In this document: positions 28,027 through 37,270 of the stretch, piece after piece | How positions within the stretch are numbered: the stretch's first letter is position 1 | Layout: every line of letters begins with the position of its first letter | Translations under genes and position numbers: made by a program | The notes under the pieces: model-generated | What the model was told of the DNA's origin: nothing | Database searches by the model: none | Seen by the model: only the letters and a program-made list of their open reading frames with translations | Assembly: GCA_041690355.1 (NCBI GenBank) | Contig: JAWLHK010000002.1 | Span: 186,001-250,000, forward strand | Origin: a bacterium | GTDB lineage: Bacteria > J088 > JAWLBW01 | Reading direction: 5' to 3' | DNA: 64,000 bases

Positions 28027-29391
28027 ATGTACTTTCGCGATCGCACGGATGCTGGAAAACAGCTGGCGGCGGCCCTTCTGCGTCTGCGTCCCGAGCGTCC
28101 GGTGGTGCTCGCGCTCCCGCGCGGCGGCGTGCCGGTCGCCTATGAGGTCGCCGCGGCGCTGGACGCTCCACTGGACGTGCTCGTCGCCCGGAAACTCGGG
28201 GCGCCCAGCCAGCCCGAGTTCGGCTTCGGCGCCATCGCCCCCGACGCACTCTATCTCGACCCGCACACGGTGCGGATGCTGCGGCTGGGCGACGCCGAGA
28301 TCGAGGAAATCGTCGGCCGTGAGAGCCGCGAGCTCGAGCGGCGCGAACGGGCCTACCGCAACGGACGCCCGCCGGCCGATGTCTCCGGCCGCACGGTCAT
28401 TCTCGTGGATGACGGACTGGCGACCGGCGTCACCATGCGCGCGGCCATACGCTCGGTCAAGGCGCGCAACCCCGGCCGCATCGTCGTGGCCGTGCCCGTG
28501 GGGGCGCCCGAAACCGTGCAGGAGATCGAGCTCGAAGTGAGCGAGATCATCTGTCTCAATCAGCCTTGGGATTTCTCGGCCGTCGGCGTCTGGTACGAAG
28601 ACTTCCGCCAGACGGAAGATCAGGAGGTCATCGAGCTGCTTGAGAAGGCGCCCCGCGGACAGCCGCAGCCGCCTGCGCAGGGGGCAGGGGGAATCGCCGG
28701 CTACGATGTAACGATACCGGCGGGCGGCCATGTCATTCTTCCGGGCAACCTGCACGTGCCGGCCGCGGCGGTCGGCGTCGTGGCCTTCGCGCACGGCAGC
28801 GGCAGCAGCCGGTTCAGCACACGCAACCGGTATGTCGCCCGCGTGCTGCAGGACGCGGGCGTCGCGACGCTGCTCTTCGACCTGCTTACCGCCGAAGAAG
28901 AAGAGGAAGATCGCTACACGGCCCACCTGCGCTTCGATATTGATTTGCTCTCCGAACGGCTCCTTGCCGCCGTGAACTGGCTCGATCAGGATGTGCGCAC
29001 GTCGGGCCTGCCCGTCGGCCTTTTCGGTGCCAGCACCGGCGGGGCGGCGGCCATCCGGGCGGCGGCCGAAGACGAGCGGGTCAAAGCCGTGGTCTCCCGC
29101 GGGGGCAGGCCTGATCTGGCGGGGAATGCGCTCGAACGCATTCTGGCGCCCACGCTGCTGCTGGTCGGCGAGAACGATCCGGTCGTCCTCGAACTGAACG
29201 AGGCGGCCTTTGCGACGATGCGCGCGCACAAGCGGCTCACGCTCATCCCGCGCGCGACCCACCTCTTTGAAGAGCCCGGAACCCTCGAGCAGGCAGCCGC
29301 CGCCGCGCGTGACTGGTTCGTGCGCCACCTCGAAGCCCCTTCGCCCGAAGTCCGTCCCGGCCGCGCGCCGGGCCGCGAAGCCCGCGAGTAG
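28027..29391 (+). CDS. Phosphoribosyltransferase-like domain fused to a dienelactone-hydrolase-like domain
   Basis: FRDRTDAG, LPRGGVPVA, VDDGLATG; FAHGSGSSRFS.RN, FGASTG, VSRGGRPDL, ATHLFEEPG. Confidence 0.88.
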   Translation: MYFRDRTDAGKQLAAALLRLRPERPVVLALPRGGVPVAYEVAAALDAPLDVLVARKLGAPSQPEFGFGAIAPDALYLDPHTVRMLRLGDAEIEEIVGRESRELERRERAYRNGRPPADVSGRTVILVDDGLATGVTMRAAIRSVKARNPGRIVVAVPVGAPETVQEIELEVSEIICLNQPWDFSAVGVWYEDFRQTEDQEVIELLEKAPRGQPQPPAQGAGGIAGYDVTIPAGGHVILPGNLHVPAAAVGVVAFAHGSGSSRFSTRNRYVARVLQDAGVATLLFDLLTAEEEEEDRYTAHLRFDIDLLSERLLAAVNWLDQDVRTSGLPVGLFGASTGGAAAIRAAAEDERVKAVVSRGGRPDLAGNALERILAPTLLLVGENDPVVLELNEAAFATMRAHKRLTLIPRATHLFEEPGTLEQAAAAARDWFVRHLEAPSPEVRPGRAPGREARE

Positions 29392-29413
29392 CATCCGACA
29401 CGCAGGAGACGCC

Positions 29414-30796
29414 ATGACCCGCATGAGACCTTGGGACCAGCCGCAACCGATGCCGCCGCAGCGGGATCGCAGCGGCGGAGCCTGGGGTGCGTGGATCGGA
29501 CGCCACGGCCTGCCCCTGCGCGCAGAGGACGACCTCCGTCCGCTGTTCCGCGACATAGGCTCGGCGCGCTATGTGCTCATCGGCGAGGCCTCGCACGGCA
29601 CGGCGGAATTCTACCTGTGGCGCGCGGCCATCACGGCCCGGCTCATCCGCGACTACGGGTTTTCGTTTGTCGCCGTCGAAGGAGACTGGCCCGACTGCTA
29701 CCGCATCAACCGGTACGTGCGCGGCATGGACGGCGGCGGTCACGGCGCGCGTCAGGTGCTGCACGCCTTCGAGCGCTGGCCGACGTGGATGTGGGCGAAT
29801 CGCGAGACCCTCCGGTTTCTCGACTGGCTGCGCGGGTGGAACGAGGATCGTCCCTTCGAGCAGCGGGCGGGTTTCTACGGCCTTGACGTCTACAGCCTCT
29901 GGGACTCGCTGGCCGCCGTCATGGGCTATCTGGAACGGCACGACGGCGCCGCCCTGCAGGCCGCCCGCACGGCAAGCTCGTGCTTCGAGCCGTACGGAGA
30001 ATCCATCGAGTCTTATGCCGAATCGACCGCCTTGGTTCCCGCCGGCTGCGAGCAGGAGGTCATCACCCTGCTGACCCGGATGCGCGAGGAGCGCCCGGCG
30101 CTGGCCGGCGACGACCCGGAGGCCTATTTCGATGCAGAGCAGAATGCGCTCGTGACGCGCAACGCCGAGCTCTACTACCGGGCCATGGTGCGCCGGGGGA
30201 GCAGCTCCTGGAACATCCGTGACCATCACATGGTTTCGACGCTCGAGCGCCTGATGCACCACTACGGGGATCACCATCGAAACGGGAGCGCGCCCAAGGC
30301 CGTCGTCTGGGCCCACAACACGCACGTCGGCGACGCCCGCGCGACCGACATGGCGCCAGCGGGCATGGTCAACGTCGGGCAGCTCGTGCGCGAACGGCAC
30401 CATGAAGACGGGGTCTACATCATCGGCTTCTCGAGCCATCGGGGAACGGTGGTCGCAGCCGACGAGTGGGGCGCGCCGGCCGAACGGATGCGAGTGCCGA
30501 AGGCGCGGCCGGGGAGCTTCGACGACCTGCTTCACCGGTCCTTCGGCGGTGACGGCATGCTGCTCCTGGAGGGCGCGGCCGACGACGACCTGCTTTTGCA
30601 GCCGCACGGGCACCGGGCCATCGGCGTGGTCTACCATCCGGATTTCGAAGCCTACGGCAACTATGCCGTCACCTCGCTCCCTCTCCGGTACGACGCGCTC
30701 CTGCACATCGACCACACCCACGCCCTGCGGCCCCTGCACACGACGCCGCATGACGACGTCCACGACCTGCCCGAAACCTATCCCTTCGGGCTGTGA
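29414..30796 (+). CDS. Erythromycin esterase family protein
   Basis: IGEASHGT.EFY, AVEGDWPD, RWPTWMW.N, SWNIRD.HM, WAHNTHVGDARAT; AGGAG RBS. Confidence 0.9.
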   Translation: MTRMRPWDQPQPMPPQRDRSGGAWGAWIGRHGLPLRAEDDLRPLFRDIGSARYVLIGEASHGTAEFYLWRAAITARLIRDYGFSFVAVEGDWPDCYRINRYVRGMDGGGHGARQVLHAFERWPTWMWANRETLRFLDWLRGWNEDRPFEQRAGFYGLDVYSLWDSLAAVMGYLERHDGAALQAARTASSCFEPYGESIESYAESTALVPAGCEQEVITLLTRMREERPALAGDDPEAYFDAEQNALVTRNAELYYRAMVRRGSSSWNIRDHHMVSTLERLMHHYGDHHRNGSAPKAVVWAHNTHVGDARATDMAPAGMVNVGQLVRERHHEDGVYIIGFSSHRGTVVAADEWGAPAERMRVPKARPGSFDDLLHRSFGGDGMLLLEGAADDDLLLQPHGHRAIGVVYHPDFEAYGNYAVTSLPLRYDALLHIDHTHALRPLHTTPHDDVHDLPETYPFGL

Positions 30797-30845
30797 TTCG
30801 GAGGCGCAGGCGGCCGCAGAACCGGGGTGCGGTCGCGCGCACAGC

Positions 30846-30875
30846 TTGAGGCGATGCCCTCGGCTCCCGTATAAT
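30846..30875 (+). promoter_or_regulatory. sigma70 promoter of the mnmA operon
   Basis: TTGAGG-N18-TATAAT. Confidence 0.55.
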
Positions 30876-30907
30876 GTTGGAATGACCTTTTTCCGGGGAC
30901 GTTCCGC

Positions 30908-31984
30908 ATGGCCCGCGTAGTCGTAGCCATGAGCGGCGGCGTCGACAGTTCGGTGGCGGCCCTTCTGCTCAAGGAGCAGGGGCACGACGTCATCGGCATC
31001 TCCATGCAGCTTCATGACGCTTCGTACGGCACGAACGGCCGGTTCGATACCTGCTGTTCGCTGGACGACTTCGCCGACGCGCGCCGCGTGTGCGATCGGA
31101 TCGGCGTGCCGTTCTACGTCATGAACTACGAGGATGAGTTCCGCAAGCGGGTCATCGATCCGTTCATCGCCGAGTACCGCGCCGGACGCACCCCGAACCC
31201 TTGCGCACTCTGCAACCAATGGCTCAAGTTCGACCATCTGGTCGCGCACGGCAATGCCCTCGAGGCCGACTTCGTCGCCACGGGGCACTATGCCCGCCGG
31301 CTCGAAGAAGAGGGCGAGATCGTGCTGCGCAAAGGGCGCGATCCGGGTAAGGACCAGAGTTACTTTCTCTTCGGCCTCACGCCCGAACAGCTGCGGCGCG
31401 CCTGGTTTCCGCTCGGCGATCTCGTCAAGGACGACGTGCGCCGGCTCGCGGCAGAAGCGGGTCTGCGCACCGCGAGCAAGCCCGAGAGCCAGGAGATCTG
31501 CTTCGTGCCCGACCGCGACTACGCATCCTTTGTCGCGCAGAACTCTCCCGCGCCGATGCCGGCCGGCGAGGTGGTCGATACCAGCGGGCGCGTGCTCGCC
31601 ACCCACGAGGGGATTCATCAGTTCACGGTCGGTCAGCGCAAGGGGATCGGCGTCGCGGCCGGCGAGCCGATGTACGTGCGCAGCATCGACCCCGAGACGC
31701 ATCGGGTCGTCGTCGGGCGCAAAGAAGAAATTGCCGCGGCCGGCCTCGAGGCCTCGCGCGTGAACTGGCTGGCCGCCCCCCGTGCGCGGGAGGCGACGGT
31801 GCGCATCCGCTATCGGCACGGCGGGGTCGCGGGGCGCGTAACACCGTTCGACGGCGACCGCGTGCGCGTGCAGTTCGATGCGCCGTGCCCGGCCGTTTCT
31901 CCCGGGCAGGCGGCGGTCTTTTACGACGGCGATCGCGTGCTCGGCGGCGGCTGGATCGACCGCGCCCTCTGGGAGCCGGTATGA
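30908..31984 (+). CDS. mnmA: tRNA 2-thiouridylase MnmA
   Basis: AMSGGVDSS, TPNPC, ATGHYA, KDQSYFL, ESQEICF, TVGQRKG, PGQ. Confidence 0.97.
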   Translation: MARVVVAMSGGVDSSVAALLLKEQGHDVIGISMQLHDASYGTNGRFDTCCSLDDFADARRVCDRIGVPFYVMNYEDEFRKRVIDPFIAEYRAGRTPNPCALCNQWLKFDHLVAHGNALEADFVATGHYARRLEEEGEIVLRKGRDPGKDQSYFLFGLTPEQLRRAWFPLGDLVKDDVRRLAAEAGLRTASKPESQEICFVPDRDYASFVAQNSPAPMPAGEVVDTSGRVLATHEGIHQFTVGQRKGIGVAAGEPMYVRSIDPETHRVVVGRKEEIAAAGLEASRVNWLAAPRAREATVRIRYRHGGVAGRVTPFDGDRVRVQFDAPCPAVSPGQAAVFYDGDRVLGGGWIDRALWEPV

Positions 31985-33285
31985 AGCGCGTCGCCCTGGC
32001 GACGATGGGCTGCAAGGTCAACGCCTACGACTCGGCGCACATCCGGGGGACGCTCGACGGCAGTGTCCGGTTCGTCCCGTTCAGTGAAGACGCCGATGTC
32101 TATATTCTGAATTCCTGCACGGTCACGAACAACAGCGATCGCGAAGCCCGCAATCTGCTGCGCCGCGCCCGCCGGCGCAACCCGGCCGCCCAGACGATTG
32201 TCACGGGCTGCTACGCCCAGACCCGCCCGGATGAGCTGCGCGGCATGGCCGAAGTCGACTACGTGGTCGGCAATGCCGAAAAGGGGCGCATCGCCGACAT
32301 CGTACGCGGCCTCGGGGCCGGGTTTCTCCCAGACGCACACCCGGCCGAACTCGTGACTGACGTGCAGGCGCTGACCGAAGTGCGCCACGTCGACGCCGGT
32401 TTCTTCGAAGGGCAGACCCGCGGCTACCTCAAGGTGCAGGAGGGCTGCCTCTACCGCTGCTCCTACTGCATCATTCCCTATTCGCGGGGAGGGGCGAGCC
32501 GCTCCGTGCCGCTCGCGGCCGCGCGCGCCCAGGCTCAGTCGCTCGCCGAACGCGGCTACCGCGAACTGGTGCTCACCGGCGTGCACATCGGGAGCTGGGG
32601 GCACGAGTGGGACCTGGAGCTGGCCGATCTGGTCGAAGCGGTGGCTGAGGTCGATGGCATCGAGCGGGTGCGAATTTCGTCCATCGATTCCCCCGAGTTG
32701 CGCCCGCGTCTCGTCGAGCTGCTGGCAGAGCATCCGCGGGTCGCGCGGCACGCCCATGTGTGCCTGCAGAGCGGCAGCGACGGCGTGCTCCGGCGCATGG
32801 CGCGCGTCTACACGGCCGGGGAATACCGGGCCGCGGTAGAAAGCCTGGTCGCGCGCAACGCCGATATCTGCGTAGGCACCGATGTTATCGTCGGTTTTCC
32901 CGGCGAAACCAACGCCGAGTTCGCCGAAACCGAGGCGCTGCTCGCAACGGCCCCCGTGCACTACTTTCACGTCTTCACGTTTTCGCCGCGTTCGGGCACG
33001 CCGGCCGCCGAACTTCCGGGTACGGTGCATGGTGAAATCGCCCGTGAACGCAGCCGGCGACTGCGCGATCTGAGCGCCGCGCGCAAGGCCCGCTGGGCGT
33101 CAGCCTTCGTCGGGCGGCGCATGCCGGTGCTCTTCGAGCGCGACTCGGCTCCGGACAGCAGCCGCGGGCACGCGCCGAACTACCTCGACGTGCGGGTTGC
33201 CGCGCGCCTGTCGCCGGGAGACATCCGGCAGGTCGAGATCCGCTCCGTCGAGGCCGGCAAGGCCTCGGGAGTCGTCGTGCCATGA
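31981..33285 (+). CDS. mtaB: tRNA t6A37 methylthiotransferase MtaB
   Basis: GCKVN, NSCTVT, VTGCYAQ, KVQEGCLYRCSYC, LTGVHIG, TDVIVGFPGET, TRAM-like C-terminus. Confidence 0.92.
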   Translation: MKRVALATMGCKVNAYDSAHIRGTLDGSVRFVPFSEDADVYILNSCTVTNNSDREARNLLRRARRRNPAAQTIVTGCYAQTRPDELRGMAEVDYVVGNAEKGRIADIVRGLGAGFLPDAHPAELVTDVQALTEVRHVDAGFFEGQTRGYLKVQEGCLYRCSYCIIPYSRGGASRSVPLAAARAQAQSLAERGYRELVLTGVHIGSWGHEWDLELADLVEAVAEVDGIERVRISSIDSPELRPRLVELLAEHPRVARHAHVCLQSGSDGVLRRMARVYTAGEYRAAVESLVARNADICVGTDVIVGFPGETNAEFAETEALLATAPVHYFHVFTFSPRSGTPAAELPGTVHGEIARERSRRLRDLSAARKARWASAFVGRRMPVLFERDSAPDSSRGHAPNYLDVRVAARLSPGDIRQVEIRSVEAGKASGVVVP

Positions 33286-33956
33286 AAGGTCTCGATGAAT
33301 TTCAGGCGCGCCTCGGCTACGTTTTCCGGGGTCCGGCGTTGCTGATGCAGGCGCTGACGCACGCCAGCTACGGCTACGAAGCCGATCTGGCCGACAATCA
33401 GCGGCTCGAGTTTCTCGGCGACGCCGTCATCGATCTCGCCGCCAGCCACTACCTGCTCGCGACCTGCCCCGATGCCAGCGAGGGCGAACTTTCGCGCCGG
33501 CGCGCCGCCATGGTCAACGAATCGGCGCTGGCCGCCATCGCGCTGCGCCTGCAGATCGGCGACGTCCTGCGCCTCGGCAAAGGCGAACGCCGCAGCGGCG
33601 CGTCTACGCGGCCGTCCATCCTGGCCGATACCGTCGAGGCGGTGCTCGGGGCCGTCTTTCTCGACGGCGGTTACGAAGCGGCCGAACGGCTTGCGCGGAC
33701 CTGGTTTCTCAATGAACTGGGGGAGAGCTACGCCAAGGGCGATCCCAAGAGCCGGCTCCAGGAGTGGGCCCAGAAGCGGTTTAATCTGCTGCCGGTCTAC
33801 GCCATCGACGCCGAATCGGGCCCGCCGCACGAACGGCGCTACCGCGTTTCGGTTCGCGTGCGTGACGAGCTTCTCGGCGAGGGCGAAGGGCGCTCGAAGA
33901 AAGAGGCAGAACTGAATGCGGCACGCGCCGCGCTGGAGAAGGTGCCCGATGCATAG
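33282..33956 (+). CDS. rnc: Ribonuclease III
   Basis: ALTHAS, NQRLEFLGDAV, dsRBD DPKSRLQE...SKKEAE. Confidence 0.97.
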   Translation: MKGLDEFQARLGYVFRGPALLMQALTHASYGYEADLADNQRLEFLGDAVIDLAASHYLLATCPDASEGELSRRRAAMVNESALAAIALRLQIGDVLRLGKGERRSGASTRPSILADTVEAVLGAVFLDGGYEAAERLARTWFLNELGESYAKGDPKSRLQEWAQKRFNLLPVYAIDAESGPPHERRYRVSVRVRDELLGEGEGRSKKEAELNAARAALEKVPDA

Positions 33957-34827
33957 CGGATACGTGGCCCTGGTCGGCCGACCGAACGTCGGCAAGTCGA
34001 CGCTCATGAACGCTCTCCTGGGCGAGAAGATCAGTATCGTCTCTTCGCGCCCGCAGACGACGCGCAACCGGATTTCGGGAATACTCTCGAGCGAGCAGGG
34101 GCAGATTGTCTTCGTCGACACCCCGGGCATTCACGCCGGGCGCGGCGAGCTGAACAAGTATATGGTCGAGGTGGCGCTGCGCAGTCTCGGCGACGTCGAC
34201 GTCGTGGCCGTGCTCGTCGACGCCGCACGCACGCCGGGGGCCGCCGACGAGGAAATCATCACGCGCGCCTTCGCCTCGGGCCGGCCAGTCGTGCTCATCC
34301 TGAACAAGGTCGACGCGATTGACAAAGCGGCGCTCCTGCCGCTCATCGACCGCCTGCGCAGCCTGGGGGAATACGCCGACATCCTTCCGCTCTCGGCGTT
34401 GACGGGGGATGGGATCGAGCGTCTACCCGAAGTCCTCCTGCGCCTGCTGCCCGAACACCCCCCGTTTTTTCCGACCGATCAGCTCACCGAGGTGCCCGAG
34501 CGGTTCATCGCCGCCGAGCTCATCCGCGAGAAGCTGTTCGAGCTGCTGCGCGAAGAGATTCCGTACAGCACGGCCGTCGAAATCGAGAAGTTCGATGAGT
34601 CGGACCCGACGATCATCCGTGTCGCCGCCATCGTCATCGTCGAGCGTGACAGCCAGAAAGGGATCGTCATCGGAAAAGGGGGTAAGATGCTCAAGGAAGT
34701 TGGAACGCGCGCCCGGCTCGATCTGGAGAAGCTTCTGGCCACCCGCGTGTTTCTCGAAATTTTCGTCAAAGTCGTCCCTCACTGGACCCGCAACGCTTCG
34801 GACCTGAAGCGGTTCGGCTACGAGTGA
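33949..34827 (+). CDS. era: GTPase Era
   Basis: GRPNVGKST, QTTR, DTPG, NKVD, KH motif VIGKGG. Confidence 0.97.
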   Translation: MHSGYVALVGRPNVGKSTLMNALLGEKISIVSSRPQTTRNRISGILSSEQGQIVFVDTPGIHAGRGELNKYMVEVALRSLGDVDVVAVLVDAARTPGAADEEIITRAFASGRPVVLILNKVDAIDKAALLPLIDRLRSLGEYADILPLSALTGDGIERLPEVLLRLLPEHPPFFPTDQLTEVPERFIAAELIREKLFELLREEIPYSTAVEIEKFDESDPTIIRVAAIVIVERDSQKGIVIGKGGKMLKEVGTRARLDLEKLLATRVFLEIFVKVVPHWTRNASDLKRFGYE

Positions 34828-34832
34828 AGGCA

Positions 34833-34863
34833 CAGTGTTCAGTTTCAGTTTTCAGTTTTCAGT
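34833..34863. repeat. Short heptamer-type tandem repeat (CAGTTTT)n
   Basis: CAGTGTT CAGTTT CAGTTTT CAGTTTT CAGT between era and der. Confidence 0.75.
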
Positions 34864-34902
34864 CTTCGGCGAACCCCGAGGCAGAAGGCGATCCGAGTTT
34901 TC

Positions 34903-36285
34903 ATGGCGCTACCCGTCGTAACCATCATCGGCCGTACCAACGTCGGTAAGTCGACTCTTTTCAACCGCATCACGAAATCGCGGCGGGCCATCGTAGCCGA
35001 TGAGCCCGGCGTCACGCGCGATCGGCTCTTCGGGACCGCTGCGTGGCGCACCCGCCCCTTTCTGCTCGTCGATACCGGCGGATTCGAAAACCCGCACGGC
35101 GAGTACATCAAGGAGCGCATGCTAGAGCAGACGCGCACCGGCATCGAGGAGGCCGATCGGGTGCTCTTCATGGTCGACGCGCGCGCAGGCCTGCTGCCCG
35201 CCGATCGTGACGTTGCCCTCGAACTGCGCAAAAGCGGCAAGCCGATCTTTCTCGTCGTCAACAAAGTCGACGTGCAGCGCGGCATCGAAGAGCGCCTGGC
35301 CGAGTTCTATGCGCTGGGCCTGGACGCCGTTTTTCCGGTGTCTGCCGAACATGGCGAAGGCATGGACACCCTGCTCGACGCCGTGACCGACGGCTTCGAA
35401 GAGGTGCCTGAGGAGCCGGACGAGGAAGACGAAGGCCACCCCACGATTGAAGAGGCGGCCGAGGCCATGGATGCCCGTGCCGTCGAAGCGGAGGCGCGGC
35501 CGTTGCGCATCGCCATCGTAGGCCGGCCGAACGTCGGCAAGAGCTCGCTCGTCAACATGCTGCTTGGCTACGAGCGCATGGTCGTGCACGACCAGGCGGG
35601 CACGACGCGCGACGCCATCGACACCCTGCTCGAGTGGGAGGGCAGAAAGTTCGTGCTCGTCGACACGGCCGGGGTCCGGCGCAAGAGCCGGATTTCGGAA
35701 CGAGTCGAGAAGTTTTCGGTCGTCAAGGCTTTCCGCGCCATTGAGGAATGCGATGTCGGCGTGCTCGTTCTCGATGCCACCCTCGGCCCGGAAGATCAGG
35801 ATGCGCGCATCGCCGGCATGATTGTCGAAGAAGGGCGCGGCCTGGTGGTCGTCTTCAATAAGTGGGACCTTCCCGAAGGGCGGGAGCAGCGCATCAAGGA
35901 GCTGCAGGATCTGTTGCGCCGGCAGATGAAGTTCCTGCCCGATCCGCCGGTTGTCTTTGTCTCGGCCAAGACCGGGCAGCGCGTGCCGAAGATCCTCGAG
36001 CTGGCCGAGCAGGTGGGACTCGAAAACAGCAAGCGCATTCCCACGAGCAAGTTCAACGAGATGCTGCTTGCCGCAACCGAGCATCACAAGCCGCCCATGT
36101 ACGCGAACCAGAACGTGAAGTTCTACTACGCGGCGCAGATCGGTGTACGTCCGCCTACGTTCGCCTTGAAGACGAACCTGCCGCAGGGCGTGCACTTTTC
36201 CTACCAGCGGTTCATCGAGAACTGGATCCGCGATCGCTATGGATTTCAGGGCGCGCCCATCCGCCTGAAGTTCCGCAAACGCTGA
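34903..36285 (+). CDS. der: Ribosome biogenesis GTPase Der (EngA)
   Basis: Two GTPase domains (GRTNVGKST, GRPNVGKSS) and a KH-like C-terminus with PPTF. Confidence 0.97.
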   Translation: MALPVVTIIGRTNVGKSTLFNRITKSRRAIVADEPGVTRDRLFGTAAWRTRPFLLVDTGGFENPHGEYIKERMLEQTRTGIEEADRVLFMVDARAGLLPADRDVALELRKSGKPIFLVVNKVDVQRGIEERLAEFYALGLDAVFPVSAEHGEGMDTLLDAVTDGFEEVPEEPDEEDEGHPTIEEAAEAMDARAVEAEARPLRIAIVGRPNVGKSSLVNMLLGYERMVVHDQAGTTRDAIDTLLEWEGRKFVLVDTAGVRRKSRISERVEKFSVVKAFRAIEECDVGVLVLDATLGPEDQDARIAGMIVEEGRGLVVVFNKWDLPEGREQRIKELQDLLRRQMKFLPDPPVVFVSAKTGQRVPKILELAEQVGLENSKRIPTSKFNEMLLAATEHHKPPMYANQNVKFYYAAQIGVRPPTFALKTNLPQGVHFSYQRFIENWIRDRYGFQGAPIRLKFRKR

Positions 36286-36289
36286 TACA

Positions 36290-36348
36290 AGTGACGAGTG
36301 GCGAGTGACGAGTGACGAATACCGGAACGAACAACCGAAAAACCGAAA
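36290..36348. repeat. Heptamer tandem repeats (AGTGACG)x4 and (AACCGAA)x2
   Basis: AGTGACG AGTGGCG AGTGACG AGTGACG, then AACCGAA-A-AACCGAAA. Confidence 0.75.
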
Positions 36349-36367
36349 TGAACAGGCTTCGGTCTTC

Positions 36368-37270
36368 TTACTCGTCTTCGTCCAGGCCCAGCTCCCGTAA
36401 TTCTTCCGGGCTCAACTCGTAGGCGTTGTCTTCGTCGAGGATGACGGTCTCGCGTACGCGCAGTTCGAGCCGGCGCGAGGCCAGACGGCGCAGCGTAGGG
36501 TGCAACAGACCGTCGTCGGCGATCTCTTCCAGATCGACCCGGGTCAGATTGGCGACATAGCGTCCCGCGACGTCAAGCGGCGTGTCGGGGTTCTTGGCCA
36601 GCGCGCGGCCCACGGCATAGTTGTGCATCCAGCGGGCATGCAGCGCGATGCCCCGCAGCTGGTGCGCGCGCCCGGGGCGCCGGGCCGACACGGCGACCAC
36701 TTCGGCGACGCCCACGCGGGGGTTGGCCAGCACGATCCGCATGACATGCGGGTGATCGTCGTGCAGGAGCTTGGCGAGCAGATCCTTACGCCCGCTGCGC
36801 GCGAGCGCCTTGCGTTCGCCGAGGGTCAGCTCGCGCAGGTCCTTGTGGGTCCGGTACTCGGTGCGGGCGCTTTCGTCGATGGGGCGCAGCAGCTCCGAGG
36901 CGATGACGTCGCCGCGCAGGCGGGCCTGGGCCGCGGCCATGAGCATGCGGTCGCGGCCCAGCTTTTCTTCGATGGCCCGGGCGTCGCGGAAACACGCGAG
37001 CAGCTGGAGGGCGGCCTCGTGGCCGTCGCCGGCGATGTCATGCAGGCGCCCGGCCACCGAAATCAGGTCGTCTTCGGTCAGGGCGGCCAGTCGTTCGGCC
37101 ATGGCCAGCGTGCGGATGCGCGGGTCTAGGACAGAAGACAGACTGCGTACAAGCCGGTCCACATAGTCCGGAGTCCACTGCAGGGCGATGGGGGTCAGAA
37201 CCGGCTCAGGAGCCGGGCTCGGATCCGGAAGCCTCGACGCGCGGGGTGCCGATCGGTTCTTGGACATCAT
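36368..37270 (-). CDS. Hypothetical helical-repeat (HEAT/LRV-like) protein; true start probably ~37160-37200
   Basis: LTLGERKALAR...LLHDDHPHV...LANPR...ALAKNPDTP repeats and an acidic tail. Confidence 0.7.
   Translation of the reverse strand: MMSKNRSAPRASRLPDPSPAPEPVLTPIALQWTPDYVDRLVRSLSSVLDPRIRTLAMAERLAALTEDDLISVAGRLHDIAGDGHEAALQLLACFRDARAIEEKLGRDRMLMAAAQARLRGDVIASELLRPIDESARTEYRTHKDLRELTLGERKALARSGRKDLLAKLLHDDHPHVMRIVLANPRVGVAEVVAVSARRPGRAHQLRGIALHARWMHNYAVGRALAKNPDTPLDVAGRYVANLTRVDLEEIADDGLLHPTLRRLASRRLELRVRETVILDEDNAYELSPEELRELGLDEDE

Noticed and set aside
25740-28046. 768-aa minus-strand ORF
   Set aside because: Shadow of the OmpR regulator and DUF3089 genes
29414-30796. Acquired macrolide resistance gene (ere)
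   Set aside because: Matches the broad chromosomal family type; host-like composition and no mobile context
29243-31819. 858-aa minus-strand ORF
   Set aside because: Shadow of the esterase gene and mnmA
36290-36348. CRISPR-like array
   Set aside because: 7-bp units without spacers and no cas genes
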